A stretch of 64,000 nucleotides of DNA from Mobula hypostoma (taxonomy: Eukaryota), in assembly GCF_963921235.1 (NCBI RefSeq), contig NC_086108.1, positions 43,774,001-43,838,000 of the forward strand, written 5' to 3'. Under the pieces are notes generated by a model. It had not been told where the DNA came from, did not search any database, and saw only the letters and a list, made by a program, of their open reading frames with translations. The translations under genes and the position numbers were made by a program. This document shows, in pieces, positions 1 to 13,309 of the stretch. Each line of letters starts with the position of its first letter. The first letter of the stretch is position 1.

Positions 1-170
1 TTTTATATTATTGGCTAGCTTAGCTCATGTTTCATTATTTTTCTCCTTGCTGCTTTTGTAACTTACATATTACTATTTAACTACTTAAGGTTCTATTACT
101 ATTTATTATTTATGGTGCAACTGTAACAAAAACCAATTTCCCCCAGGATCAATAAAGTATGACTATGACT
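1..170 (+). mobile_element. 3' end of Rex1/Babar-type LINE with (TATGAC)n tail
   Basis: GGTGCAACTGTAA..AAAACCAATTTCCC..GGATCAATAAAGTATGACTATGACT matches the 3' terminus of the RT-encoding copy at 22677-23846. Confidence 0.75.
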
Positions 171-1240
171 ACTAATTGTCTGCTGTCATTTTCTTTCTTC
201 TTTGGGATGTATCAACACTGCATCTTCCAAATTATTCCCAGAAACTCCAGCCCTTTACCTCCTGCTTTACTTCGATCTCTGCTAGTGTTCCTTCAAATCA
301 ACTTTGGCCAGCTACCCTCTCGTGCCTCTGTAGTTACAATATCTTTACTCAGTTGTGATATGTGTATATCCAATTCTAGCTTCTCTTAAATTGCATTCTG
401 TTTCCTTGAAGGGGAACTGCACTTGTGGCCTGAGTCTACAGTCCGGGATCTGCTGGTATCACTAGATTTGAATATCGATTGATTTTTTAAATGTATTAAG
501 ACAACGTTGCTTACTGGAGTACCCATTACTTTGTCTGTGGATTTCAGCTGTGGTAGTCCTAGACAGGAATTTTTTGATGATTCCCATTGGAGCCACATGC
601 AAAAGTTGCCACTTATCAGCATCACTGTAAGTGAAATTAACATTTACCTAAATCTATCTAGCTATCTTTCACACATTTGAACAGATTTTCCCAGCATCCA
701 TCCTCCATATATCCACTCAGTCTGCTCAATCACAGCTGCACCTCATAGCTACGAGTCATAAATAGATCCCCAGTGCTGGATTGTTGATCCTTTTCTAGAA
801 TTCATTACTCCTTCCTAAACACTGCTGATAGCAAAGGGACATTTACAAAGTTCTGTGACATTGTGGTGGGAATATATTGCCCCTGAGATCCCAGAATAAA
901 AATGCACAGTAAATCTTCCTTGGGAGTGGATCACATGCACACTGACTCTTAATGGTAACAGGTCTGCAGACACTGATTCGCTGGAGAATGGATGCCTCCC
1001 CTGTTCTCATGGCCTCACATTGGCCTGTAACTGAATCCACCTTCCACAACTCGGCTATTCCATATGTTCTTTTCTCTTTGTAAATTTTTGAGACATGTCA
1101 ATGAGATTGAGATTACAGTAATACAAGAAATTACAAATGCCAAGAGGAAGTAAAATCCATATTGACACTTGGCCCAGGGATTTTTCTGATGTGTCCCTGC
1201 TTCACTGCTTTGCAGAGTTAATAGTCTGGACCACATTGGT

Positions 1241-1760
1241 TAAGTAAAGAGCTGGGAAGAGATCAGAGCTGGAGAAAGGGGAATCTGACTGGAGAGGTCA
1301 GAAGACCATGGGAGAAAGGGAAGGGCGAGGATCACCAGAAGGAGGCAATGGGCAAGTAAGAGGTGTGAGAAGGAAATGGGAATGGTGAAGGGGCGGGGGG
1401 TGGGGAGGGAGTGTAATTACCGGAAGTTTGAGAAATCAATGTTCATGCCATCAGGTTGGAGGCTACCCAGACAAAATATAAAGTGTTGCTCCTCCAACCT
1501 GAGTGTGGCCTCATCACAGCAATAGAGGAAGCCATGGACTGACGTGTCAGAATGGAAATGGGAGATAGAATTGGAAATTCCACACGAGGTAAATCAGGTG
1601 CTCGATGAGGCGGACTCCCAATCGACATCAGGTCTCATCGATGCAGTAGATGGCCCCAACAGACTCACAAGTGAAGTGTTGCCTCACCTGGAAGGACTGT
1701 TCGAGCCTCTGAATGGCAGTGAGGGAGGAGATGTTGGGGCACTTGTTCCGTTTGCAAGGA
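1241..1760 (-). mobile_element. Degenerate Penelope-like element (PLE) 3' fragment
   Basis: Same GIY-YIG C-terminal and purine-rich 3' sequence as the other PLE copies (GTTCATGCCATCAGGTTGGAGGCTACCCAGAC, CCTCACCTGGAAGGACTGT on +). Confidence 0.75.
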
Positions 1761-2422
1761 TGATTATTGCAGTCATTTCATTGGCTCAGTGCGTATTTCC
1801 AGGCCAGGAAAGACCAGAGTTTATTTATCTCAGAAACAGCTCACGCACAGATACTTTTTCTAAATTAAACTCTGATATCTGTCAAAATACTTAAGTAATT
1901 TTCAGTCTGCCATAGTTACAGACTAAGGGAATTTCCAATATTCATTGATTCTGGGGAATCCTGTTTTAAACCTACTGAATACAAAATGTTCTCTATGAAA
2001 TATCAATTATTTGATTTGCAGAGTAAGGTCCTATTTTAAGTGAGTTTTAGGAGAGAGGAGAATTTACCATGTGAAATGCTAAGTTGTCACTTTTGCTCCA
2101 GTACAATCTGTTGCTCTGTCTGCTGTTTCAATGCACACTCAGCAGATGCTAATACTTCAAGATGCTGCACCTCATATCAACAAAACAAAATCAATTGATC
2201 TCAAAATCTTGTTAGGGTGGTAAACTATAAATGATATAATCTGCAGAAAACTTGCATCAGGAATTATCAAGCAAACATGTGGCGGAACAGTCACTGGTCC
2301 AAAATGCAGCTTACTAAAGTAGTTGTGGCTGATAAGCCTGCTGAAGCTGCAGCTATCTGAGCACTGATCTAAAATAGAAAGGCTCCCTCACAGGACACAG
2401 GAACAGGTATTAGGCTTTTGAT

Positions 2423-3680
2423 CACAAACGAGAAAATCTGCAGATGCTGGAAATCTGAGCAACACGCACAAAATGCTGGAGAAAATCAGCAGGCCAGGCA
2501 GCATCGAGGAAAAGAGCACAGTCGACGTTTCAGGCCGAGACCCTTCAGCAGGACTGGAGAAAAAAGCTGAGGAGTACATTTAAAACTTGGGGTGGGGGGG
2601 GGTGAGAGAAACACAAGGTGAGAGGTGAAAGCTGGAAGGGGAGGATGAAGTAAAGAGCTGGGAAGTTGATTGGTGAAAGAGACAAGGCCATGGGAGAAAG
2701 AACAGGCGGGGAGGAGCACCAGAGGGAGTCAATGGGCAGGTAAGGAGATAAGGTGAGAGAAGGAAAAGGGGATGGGAGTAGTGGGGGGGTGCATTAACAG
2801 AAGTTCGAGAAATTGATCTTCATGCCATCAGGTTGGAGGCTACCCAGATGGAATATAAGGTATTGTTCCTCCAACATGAGTGTGGCCTTATCGCAGCAGT
2901 AGAGGAGGCCATGGATGGACATATCAGAATGGGAATGGGAAGTGGAATTAAAATGGGTGGCCACTGGGAGATCCTGCTTCATCTGGTGGACGGAGCATAG
3001 GTGCTTGGTGAAGCAGTCTCCCAATCTACGTCAGGTCTCACCAATATACACGAGGCCACACTGGGAGCATCAAACACAGTACATGACCCCAACAGACTCA
3101 CAGGTGAAGTGTTGCTTCAACTGGAAGGTCATTTTGGGGCCCATGAATGGTAGTGAGGGAGGAGGTGTAAGGGCAGGTGTAGCAGTTGTTCCGCTTGCAA
3201 GGATAAGGGGAGAATTATTAATCAAGGGAGTTGCGTAGGGAGCAGTCCTTGCAGAAAACAGAAAGTGGGGGGAGGGAAAGATGTGCTTGGTGGTGGGATC
3301 CCGTTGGAGGTGGCAGAAGTTTCAGAGAATTATATGCTGGATACGGAGGCTGGTGGAGTGATAGGTAAGGACAAGAGGAACCCTATCCCTGGTAGGGTGG
3401 CAGGAGGATGGGGTAAGAGCAGAAATGGAAGAGATGCGGTTGAGGGCAGCGTTGATGGTGGAGGAAGGGAAGCCCCTTTCTTTGAAAAAGGAGGACATTT
3501 CCTTCGTTCTGGAATGAAAAGCTTCAGCTTGAAAGCAGATGCAGCGAAGACAGAGGAATTGAGAGAAGGGGATAGCATTTTTACAAGTAATAGGGTGGGA
3601 CGAGGTGTAGTCGAGGTAGCTGTGAGAGTCTGTGGGTTTATAATAGACATCGGAGGATAAGCTATCTCCAGAGACAGAGA
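2423..3680 (-). mobile_element. Penelope-like retroelement, 5'-truncated (RT C-terminus + GIY-YIG endonuclease + terminal repeat)
   Basis: ORF 2794-3024 carries the GIY-YIG C-terminal block (GDCFTKHL...VATHFN...LEEQYLIFHLGSLQPDGM); terminal repeat with a hammerhead motif at 2519-2556. Confidence 0.85.
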
Positions 3681-4026
3681 CAGTAAGACAGTGGCTTTTG
3701 ATGTTTTGTGCTGCTTATTGTCCACTGTTGCTCTAAGTGTTAATCCTCTTCCTTGTCTGAGAGATTGTGACACAACCTGAGCCTGCATTCTTTTACTTCC
3801 AAAGGCAAGCCGGCTTAGAAACAGATTTACAGGGTAACTAAATTACTGTGCTTTCTGAGCACCTTCAGTGGTCACACCCAGAACATTATTAACCAGTTCA
3901 CAAACATTAGGTTTGTGATGTGTTTTGGAGGATTGTCGGGTGAGAGGTGCATTACACTTTTAGGTACCTCATTCCTTAAAGTGGTGAGGATGAATATGGA
4001 TGGGCTGAGCAGTGGAATGCAAATTT

Positions 4027-5065
4027 CACAAATGCTGAAGAAACTCAGCAGCCCAGGCACATCTATGGAAAAAGAGTACAGTTGACGTTTCGGACCGAGA
4101 CCTTTCATCAGGACTGGAGAAAAAAGATGAGAAGTCGGAGGAAGGGTGGGGGGGGGGAGGGAGGAAGAAATACAAGGTAGTAGGTGATAGGTAAAACTCA
4201 GGAGAGGGAGGGTGGGTGGAGTAAAGAGCAAGATGTTGATTGGTGAAAGAGATAAAGGGCTGGAGAAGGGGGGATCTGATAGGAGAGGACCGAAGCCAAG
4301 GAAGAAAGTGAAGGGGGAGGAGATGGCCAGGTAAGGAGATAAGATGAAGAGAGGGAAATGGGAATAGGGAATGGTGAAGGTGGGGGGTGTGGCATAACTG
4401 GAAGTTCAAGAAATTGTCGTTCATGCCATCAGGTTGCAGGCTACCCAGACAGAGTATAGGGTGTTGCTTCTCCAACCTGAGTGTGGCCTCGTTGTGACAG
4501 CAGAGGAGGCCATTTACTGACATGTCAGAATGGGAAGGGGAAGTAGAATTAACATGGGTGGCCACCAGGAGATCCCAGTTTTTTCTGGTGGATGGAGCAT
4601 AGGTGCTCAGCGAAGTGGTCTCCCAATATACGTCCAGTCTCACCAAAATACAGGAGGCCACACCGAGAGCATCGGATACAGTAGATGACCCCAATGGACT
4701 CACATGTGAAGTGCTGCCTCACCTGGAAGGGTGGTTTGGAGGGAGGAGGTGCAGGGGCAGGTGTAGAATTTCTTCTGCTTGCAACGATAAGTGCGAGGAG
4801 GGAGATCGGTGGGGATGACAAGTGGACACCGGCGTTGTGTGGGGAACGGTCTCTGCGGAATGCAGAAAGTGGTGGGGTCCCATTGGAGGTGGCAGAAGTT
4901 ATGGACACGGGCTGGTGGGGTGGTAGGTGAGGACAAGAGAAGCCCTATCCCTGGTGGAGTGGTGGGAGGATGAGTTGAGGGCAGACATACGTGAAATGGA
5001 AGAAATATGGGTGAGGGCAACATTGATGGTGGAGGAAGGAAAGCCCCTTCCTTTGAAGAAGGGTA
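4027..5065 (-). mobile_element. Penelope-like retroelement, 5'-truncated
   Basis: ORF 4549-4908 contains FTCESIGVIYCIRCSRCGLLYFGETGR..DHFAEHL (GIY-YIG motif with internal CxxC); terminal repeat with a hammerhead motif at 4079-4116. Confidence 0.85.
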
Positions 5066-7589
5066 TTTTATATGTTGCATTTACACAATTCTCTTTGAAT
5101 TGGTACCCATCCCAAGAAGTAGGAGGCAAATATAGGATAAATAGTTCTAAATTAAAACAGATCAGTGGTAACACAGAATTACTTGAACATAATGTAACCC
5201 AAATAAATTTCAGTTGCATCTCTAGCAGTTGAAACAGCACAAAGCAGGAACTTCTCCTATGTTAAGGAGAAATGAAAAGGATTAATTTTAGATAAACAGC
5301 TTGTATATTGTTGCAGCATAGACTAAGTTCTCTTTTGCTTGCAGAAGGATAACACACCAATCACATTTAAATTTGGCAATTCAATGTACACTTTGGAAAC
5401 TCAATGTACACTTCAACATACCATTGCTAATTTCTCACCTCACCCCCTTTGGTTTCTTTTGACTCATCTCAAACACCACTCAACCTCTTCTCAAAGACGA
5501 TGAAGTATGATTTGATAAGTGCCACACAGGATAAACAGGGAAGCAGAACAATAACATGGAAAGAGGATTAGATCACTTGCTACAAATTTATAAAGACATT
5601 TTAAAAAAATAGTAATAATTGGATCTTATATTTTGGCTAGTAGCTATTCAAAAATGAGCATAACATAAATGGCTTGACCTCTATATGATGTAAGGTGACT
5701 AATGATTCAAGACTCATAAAAGCTGAAAGACGCTTTGATAAGCCAGATATCTGTAAAACAGAGAGGCACACCCTCTGAGTCATATCACCATCAACACTGA
5801 CACTGCAATCAGCACTTACAAAAATAACAGCAAACTTTCTGTAACACGTGAATCAGGAATGTGCGCAAGCTACTTCCCTGGGAATATAAACAGCCAACAG
5901 CATCATCCTTAAAATAATTTCATAAGATCATACCCTGTTTAATTTGAGTTTCACTGAGTCATTTAAAAGCAGTAGACAATTGTTTCTTGGCCTTCCTCAC
6001 CAAATGGTAGCTTGTAAATGAAGCTGATGAAACAAAGTGTGTACTGGGAGAGCAACCAGTTTAGCAAACTGTAGAGTGAGAATGTGCAATGTGAAATGAA
6101 ACACTTGCATGTGCTGGCACCTTCTAAGTGACTCCATAGAGGAGAATATACAGCAAAGTACAGGATGATGCAAGTAACATAATGAGTTATTTCAGGACTT
6201 TTGTAAATTTTTTTTCAATTCAAAGTGCAAATGCAGCTTGGACGTGTGGATCTGTTTCTGGGAAAAACTGCTTTTTATAATTTGCTGTTTCTTTTATATC
6301 TTTTCACAGAGGTGGTATAGTTTACGATGGTGACTAGATGACTGTTGAATCTTCCAATAGTCTACTGGAATATGTGGAGAGTAGGCAAAAGGGGATTGTG
6401 AAAGAGAGAAACAAGTATCAAAACGTGCTTTGCTATCTTACATAGCAAAACAATTAGAAATAATTTAAATGTTGTCAAAAAAGTGAAGAATTAAAATGGT
6501 TATTTGAGACCTTAGAAAGTGCAGAGCAACATGCAAGATAAAGTGATTTGAAGAGTAAGTCCAGATAATGATTTCAGAACCTGCCATCAGCAGTGGAGCA
6601 AGGAAAAGCAGAGATTGCGAGTTGGAGATCAGGGTTGGTAATGTGAAGTGATTTCTCAAGCGACCAAGTGAATGTGTGTCGGTCAGTGAATGACCAGAGG
6701 CTATTGACACCAGTGGTAACAGAAGAGCAAAGACAGAGAGTTCAAGGGTGATAGTTTTGAAGAAGAACTGAGGAGTGAGGAGTGAGCATTGGCAGGTGGA
6801 GCAGCAGTTGAATGGACTGAAAGGACTGCATGGAGCAAACCATACACAAAGAGTTGATAATGTAGAGAATGATCGTGTCATTGTTGTCATGGGGGCAGGA
6901 ATGGACATGGAGACTTTGCAGAAATTTGGAGCTCTTCCACTCATATTTAGGTACAAGGATAGAGAGAAGGAGGGGTAAAGGATATAATTTATAATAAAGA
7001 GGAGTTGTTCTTTGCTTCTTCTGGTGAGAGGGAAAGCTGATATTGGTTGCGGTGTTTATGGTAATAGCTGCTCAAACCCGCCCTGTACCAATTTTCACTT
7101 CACACACCTAACCACTGCTTCCTGTCTGTCTAAAAGGTGCTCACAATTAAAACTGCTACCATGTTCTGGGTTCACTTCATCTGGCATTAAATGTTAGAGT
7201 GAGCTTTAGTTGGGGGGTTGGAAGAGTCCAACTAAGAAAAATTTGTAGGTTAGAATTCGAGATACAAAGGCAAAGGTTTGGGCAGCAGCGTGGAAGAACC
7301 AGGATGATGGTGGATAAGGCTGCAAAGAGTGAACGTGCTATTGTTGAAGACAGGGAAGTCATGGCTAAAGCTGTCTGTTCAGCTTCTGCTCTACATGTGA
7401 AGAATCTTAGTATAGGGACACCAATTGGTCAAGGTTACAATCAGATCAACCATGAAGTTATCAAATGACACAGCAAGCTTGAGGGCCTACTCCTCCTTCT
7501 ATTGCTAATATTCAAGGGAAGGGCTGAGTAGTCAAATAGAGCATCAGGTACTTGTAGAAAAGAGGATAAATACGTGCACTTGCCCATCC

Positions 7590-7830
7590 ATTGAGATGTT
7601 CCCATAACCAACGATCTCACTTTAAGGACTTTGTTTCTCATTATGTCATGTTCTCATTATTTATTGCTATTTACTTATATTTGTATTTGCACAGTTTGTT
7701 GTCTTCTGCACCCTGGTTGATCTTTCATTGATTCTGTTATAGTTACTATTCTATAGATTTGCTGAGTATGCCTGCAGGAAAATGAATTTCAGGGTTGTAC
7801 TTGGATAATAAATTTACTTTCAGCTTTGAG
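7590..7830 (+). mobile_element. Probable LINE 3' UTR remnant (Rex1-like)
   Basis: T-rich 3' UTR ending AATAAATTTACTTT; recognised by general resemblance only, no coding sequence. Confidence 0.4.
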
Positions 7831-8515
7831 CATGCATTACAAAATGGAGAAGGTTACAGGGAAACGGAGGAACACGAAGAGGCAGAGTTATACCAGAAAT
7901 ACATAAATACTTGAGCCTTAGCTGTCAGCTCACGAGTCTGTGCTGGTACAGGTGGAGATGGCATCCTTGTTATATATATTCGAATATTTTGCAAATAGTC
8001 CTTTACGTGGGATCTTGGTATTGTCCCATCTTGGTAATTATAACAATTGGATAAGTGTGTTCATCTCCCTTAAATCATTGTGTGAGGGAGTTAGAGGCAG
8101 CTATAGAGCTGTCATTACTATATGGTTAAGACATTGAACACTGCCCCAAGTACATAGGCTTACCTAATGGCAGTGCATAATGGGAATGATGGGTGACCTC
8201 ACACGAATTTGTGAACTAACCTGGGCTCTTGGCAGCTTTCAGGTCTTTCCCAAAGATTCAAAAGCCTTGAACAATACACCGATGTGCAAGAGACATCTAA
8301 TACATAAACACAAGAGATCCTGCAGATGCTGGAAATCTAGAACAACACACACAAAATCCTGGAGGAACTCAGCAGGTCAGGCAGCATCTATGGAAAAGAA
8401 TAAGCAGTTGACATTTTAATAGAAACATAGAACATAGAAAATAGGTGCAGGAGTAGGCCATTCGGCCCTTCGAGCCTGCACCGCCATTTATTATGATCAT
8501 GGCTGATCATCCAAC

Positions 8516-10739
8516 TCAGAACCCCGCCCCAGCCTTCCCTCCATACCCCCTGACCCCTGTAGCCACAAGGGCCATATCTAACTCCCTCTTAAACATAGCC
8601 AATGAACTGGCCTCAACAGTTTCCTGTGGCAGAGAATTCCACAGATTCACCACTCTCTGTGTGAAGAAGTTTTTCCTAATCTCGGTCCTAAAAGGCTTCC
8701 CCTCTATCCTCAAACTGTGACCCCTCGTTCTGGCAACACACATCAAAGTTGCTGGTGAACGCAACAGGCCAAGCAGCATCTATAGGAAGAGGCGCAGTCG
8801 ACGTTTCAGGCCGAGACCCCTCGTTCTGGACTTCCCCAACATCGGGAACAATCTTCCTGCATCTAGCCTGTCCAATCCCTTTAGGATCTTATACGTTTCA
8901 ATCAGATCCCCCCTCAATCTTCTAAATTCCAACAAGTACAAGCCCAGTTCATCCAGTCTTTCTTCATATGAAAGTCCTGCCATCCCAGGAATCAATCTGG
9001 TGAACCTTCTTTGTACTCCCTCTATGGCAAAGATGTCTTTCCTCAGATTAGGGGACCAAAACTGCACACAATACTCCAGGTGTGGTCTCACCAAGGCCTT
9101 GTACAACTGCAGTAGTACCTCCCTGCTCCTGTACTCGAATCCTCTCGCTATAAATGCCAGCATACCATTCGCCTTTTTCACCGCCTGCTGTACCTGCATG
9201 CCCACTTTCAATGACTGGTGTATAATGACACCCAGGTCTCGTTGCACCTCCCCTTTTCCTACTCGGCCACCATTCAGATAATAATCTGTTTTCCTATTTT
9301 TGCCACCAAAGTGGATAACTTCACATTTATCCACATTAAATTGCATCTGCCATGAGTTTCCCCACTCACCCAACCTATCCAAGTCACCCTGCATCCTCTT
9401 AGCATCCTCCTCACTGCTAACACTGCCACCCAGCTTCGTGTCATCCGCAAACTTGGAGATGCTGCATTTAATTCCCTCATCCAAGTCATTAATATATATT
9501 GTAAACAACTGGGGTCCCAGCACTGAGCCTTGCGGTACTCCACTAGTCACCGCCTGCCATTCTGAAAAGGTCCCGTTTATTCCCACTCTTTGCTTTCTGT
9601 CTGCTAACCAATTCTCCACCCACACCAATACCTTACCCCCAATACCGTGTGCTTTAAGTTTGCACACTAATCTCCTGTGTGGGACCTTGTCAAAAGCCTT
9701 TTGAAAATCCAAATATACCACATCCACTGGTTCTCCCCTATCCATTCTACTAGTTACATCCTCAAAAAATTCTATGAGATTCGTCAGACATGATTTTCCT
9801 TTCACAAATCCATGCTGACTTTGTCCGATCATTTCACCGCTTTCCAAATGTGCTGTTATCACATCCTTGATAACTGACTCTAGCAGTTTCCCCACCACCG
9901 ACGTTAGGCTAACCGGTCTATAATTCCCCGGTTTCTCTCTCCCTCCTTTTTTAAAAAGTGGGGTTACATTAGCCACCCTCCAATCCTCAGGAACTAGTCC
10001 AGAATCTAACGAGTTTTGAAAAATTATCACTAATGCATCCACTATTTCTTGGGCTACTTCCTTAAGCACTCTGGGATGCAGACCACCTGGCCCTGGGGAT
10101 TTATCTGCCTTCAATCCCTTCAATTTACCTAACACCACTTCCCTACTAACATGTATTTCACTCAGTTCCTCCATCTCACTGGACCCTCTGTCCCTTACTA
10201 TTTCTGGAAGATTATTTATGTCCTCCTTAGTGAAGACAGAACCAAAGTAATTATTCAATTGGTCTGCCATGTCCTTGCTCCCCATAATCAATTCACCTGT
10301 TTCCGTCTGCAGGGGACCTACATTTGTCTTTACCAGTCTTTTCCTTTTTACATATCTATAAAAGCTTTTACAGTCCGTTTTTATGTTCCCCGCCAGTTCT
10401 TTCTCATAATCTTTTTTCCCCTTCCTAATTAAGCCCTTTGTCCTCCTCTGCTGAACTCTGAATTTCTCCCAGTCCTCAGGTGAGCCACTTTCTCTGGCTA
10501 ATTTGTATGCTACTTCTTTGGAATTGATACTATCCCTAATTTCTCTTGTCAGCCACGGGTGCACTACCTTCCTTGATTTATTCTTTTGCCAAACTGGGAT
10601 GAACAATTGTTGTAGTTCATCCATGCAACCTTTAAATGCTTGCCATTGCATATCCACCGTCAATCCTTTAAGTGTCATTTGCCAGTCTATCTTAGCTAAT
10701 TCACGTCTCATACCTTCAAAGTTACCCCTCTTTAAGTTT
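8516..10739 (-). pseudogene. CR1 ORF2 (reverse transcriptase), 5'-truncated and interrupted by a 96-bp in-frame insertion containing a stop
   Basis: ORF track 8780-10939 and 8516-8779 are the same frame, separated by TAG inside the insert; the first ~67 aa of the 719-aa ORF are read-through from flanking PLE sequence. Confidence 0.9.
8734..8814 (-). mobile_element. 81-bp PLE terminal-repeat mini-insertion with 15-bp flanking direct repeat
   Basis: GACCCCTCGTTCTGG at 8719-8733 and 8815-8829; the insert matches the PLE terminus at ~39550-39631. Confidence 0.9.
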
Positions 10740-12900
10740 TGGGCCTTCTTCAGAACTGGAAAGAAAAGGGGAAGAATGAAAAGGTGGGGAGGGGAGAGGA
10801 GGGGGAAGGAGGATAGCTGAAAGGTGATAGGTGAAGCCAGGTGAGTGGGAAAGGTAAAGGACTGGAATCTGATAGAAGAGGAGTGTGGACCATAGAAGAA
10901 TGGGAAGGAGGAGGGGCACCATGGGGAGGTGATGGACACATGAAAAGAAGGAGTAAGAGGCCAGAAAGGGGAATAGAAGAAGAGGAAAGGGAGAGGTTAA
11001 TACAACAGAAGGAGAAATTGATGTTCATGCCATCAGATTGGAGGCTATCTAGACAGAATATGAGGTGTTGCTCCTCCACCCTGAGAGTGGCCTCATCATG
11101 GCAGAAGAAGAGGCCGTGGATCAACATGTCGGAACAGGAATGGGGATAGGAATTAAAATGGTTGGTGAGCGGGAAATTCCACTTTTGGCAGATGTAGTGG
11201 AGGAGCTCGACAAAGCAGTCCTTCAATTTACACTGGGTGTCACCGATGTACAGGAGGATGCTTCGGGGGCACCGGACACAATAGACGACCCCTGCAGATT
11301 CACAGGCGAAGTGTTGCCTCACCTGGAAGGACTGTTTGAGGTCCGGAGTGGAGGTGAATGGAGTCGTCAATGTGGCACAGGAAGAGTTGGGGAACATTAC
11401 CAGGGAAGGCTTGGAGTATGGACTGTACCACATAGCCAAGGAAAGGACATGCATTGCTGGGCCCATGCAGGTTCCCATGGCTACACCTTGAGTTTGAAGA
11501 AAATAGGAGGAGCTGAGGGAGAAGTTGTTGAGGGTGAGGACCTATTCAGCCAGACAGAGGAGGGCGGTGGTAGAGGGAAATTGGATGTGATTTTTTTTGT
11601 TGAGAAAGAAGCAGAGAGCGTTAAGACCTTCTTAATGGAGGATAGAAGTGTGTAAGGACTGGAAATTCATGGTAAAAATGAGGCAGTCAGAACCAAGGAG
11701 TTGAAAGTTGTTGGGGAGATTGACAACATGTGAAGTGTTGTGTTTGTAGGCGGGAAGGAACTGAACCAAGGGGAATAGAATGTGGTTGAGGTATGCGGAT
11801 ATGAGTTCAGTGGGGCAGGAGCAGGCAGAGACTATGGGCCTAGCCAGACAGTCAGGTTTTTGGATCTTGAGTAGCAGGTAGAAGCGAACAGTGTGGGGTA
11901 AGTGAACAATGAGTTTGGTGGCTGCAGATGGGAATTCTCCAGAGCTGATGAAATTAGTGATGGTGTCAGAGACAATTTTTTGAGCTGGGTGCTTTTCAAG
12001 GTGAAAGTAAGAGGAGGTCTGGCCTCAGCAAGGTCTGCCCTACTATGACAGCACCGCCTCTGTTTGTGGGCTTGATGGTAAGGTTGGGATTGGTGTGGAC
12101 AGACTGGAGGGCAGTGCATTCAGAGGAGGTAAGGTTCAAGGAGGAAAGAGGAGTGCTGAAATCGAGCCAGTTGATGTCTCCTCAGCAATTAGAGATGAAA
12201 AGATCCAAAGCGGGGTATCCAAGAAGAGGAGGGAGGTTGGAAATGGGAGAAGGGGTCAGCAATGCGGGATGGGGAATTCTTGTCAAACAGCTAGGCTCGG
12301 AGATAAAGGCAACAGAAGAAAATCTTGGCGTCATGGCGTGTGCAGACTCACTGAGGTGCAGGTGAAGGGAAACAAAGGTAAGGCCCTCTGAGGACAGAAT
12401 GTTCCATTTCAGAGAGGAGAAGGCACACAGGGATAAGAACTGGGATCAGAGAGGGGAGGAGAGTTGGTGGTGTCAGAGAAGAGGGAAGGCTTGTGATATT
12501 CAGGGAATGTAAGATGGAGGCTCTGAGGACCTAAAAGACGATGGCAGAGACTGAGAGATACAGGGTTGGACAGTGGTGGTGGGGGAAGGGGGATCCAGGG
12601 GCCCAGTGGCAGCGGGGAAGGTCTGGGCTTGAGTGGCGGCCAATGTCCAGGCTGGAGCTGGAGCTAGAGGCCGCATTATCTGCGGGTTGAAGGAGTCCAA
12701 GAGTCATTGGAACCGGTGTTGGCGTTGTTGGGATCCACGGTCTGCAGACAAAATACATAATATATACAGAATTTGTTTTAAGTTTTCTCATTCAGGCTGC
12801 CTTTTACCTAATATCCAGTTATTTCTCTTTTTCTCAGATCCAACCACAGATGCTGCTCAACTTACAGAGTGTTTCCAACATCTACCCTTCCCTGACTTTT

Positions 12901-13005
12901 AAAAGTTATCCAATATACATAAAAATTATCTGATATACATAAAAATTATCCAATATGGATAAAACTTATCTGATATACGTAAAATGATCCAATATACATA
13001 AAACT
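12901..13005. repeat. Minisatellite, ~5 copies of a 20-bp unit (AAAAnTTATC[CA/TG]ATATACAT)
   Basis: Directly visible tandem units. Confidence 0.85.
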
Positions 13006-13309
13006 CGCCTGCCAGGCAAGTCCCACTATCGTATCATGAACAACTTGTGACACAGACTTCATAACTGACTGGCTGACAACTGTCTCCGTTAAGCCATCCT
13101 GTGATGAACACCTCTGAAAACTTACCTTCATCTTGCTCTTTGACAAAGGGTCACAGACCTGAATCACTGTTTCTCTTTTCACAAATGCTGCTTGACTTTT
13201 CAGCATTTTCTGTTTATATATATATTTACCAGTATATATATATATATATATATTTACCAGTGTGTTGTTTGCATATCAGATTTACGGCATTGAATTTAAA
13301 TAAGAGCTG

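Larger units (their letters stand above)
8418..10739 (-). mobile_element. Young CR1-clade LINE (family A), 5'-truncated, with (CATAGAAA)n tail
   Basis: Uninterrupted ORF2 reading frame with RT motifs ([51 protein letters not shown]); 3' UTR nearly identical to the copies at 20426-20890 and 27988-28567. Confidence 0.95.
8305..12760 (-). mobile_element. Long degenerate Penelope-like element, split by a CR1 insertion (8418-10739)
   Basis: Terminal repeat at 8305-8417 resumes at ~10740. RT motif MGTCMGP and GIY-YIG KQSFQVRQHFACESAGVVYCVRCPRSILLYIGDT in ORF 10750-11478; frameshifted RT sequence continues to ~12760. Confidence 0.8.

Noticed and set aside
486..632. Plus-strand open stretch ending in ACT|GTAAGT
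   Set aside because: No recognisable protein and no good acceptor in frame.
843..1236. Minus-strand ORFs with a hydrophobic stretch resembling a type II membrane protein
   Set aside because: No recognisable homology and no consistent exon structure; stops in adjacent sequence.
8780..10939. 719-aa ORF as a host or domesticated gene
   Set aside because: Chimeric: PLE read-through N-terminus, 5'-truncated CR1 ORF2, and a C-terminus from the PLE mini-insert.
12901..13005. CRISPR-like array
   Set aside because: Contiguous tandem units without unique spacers, in a vertebrate context.
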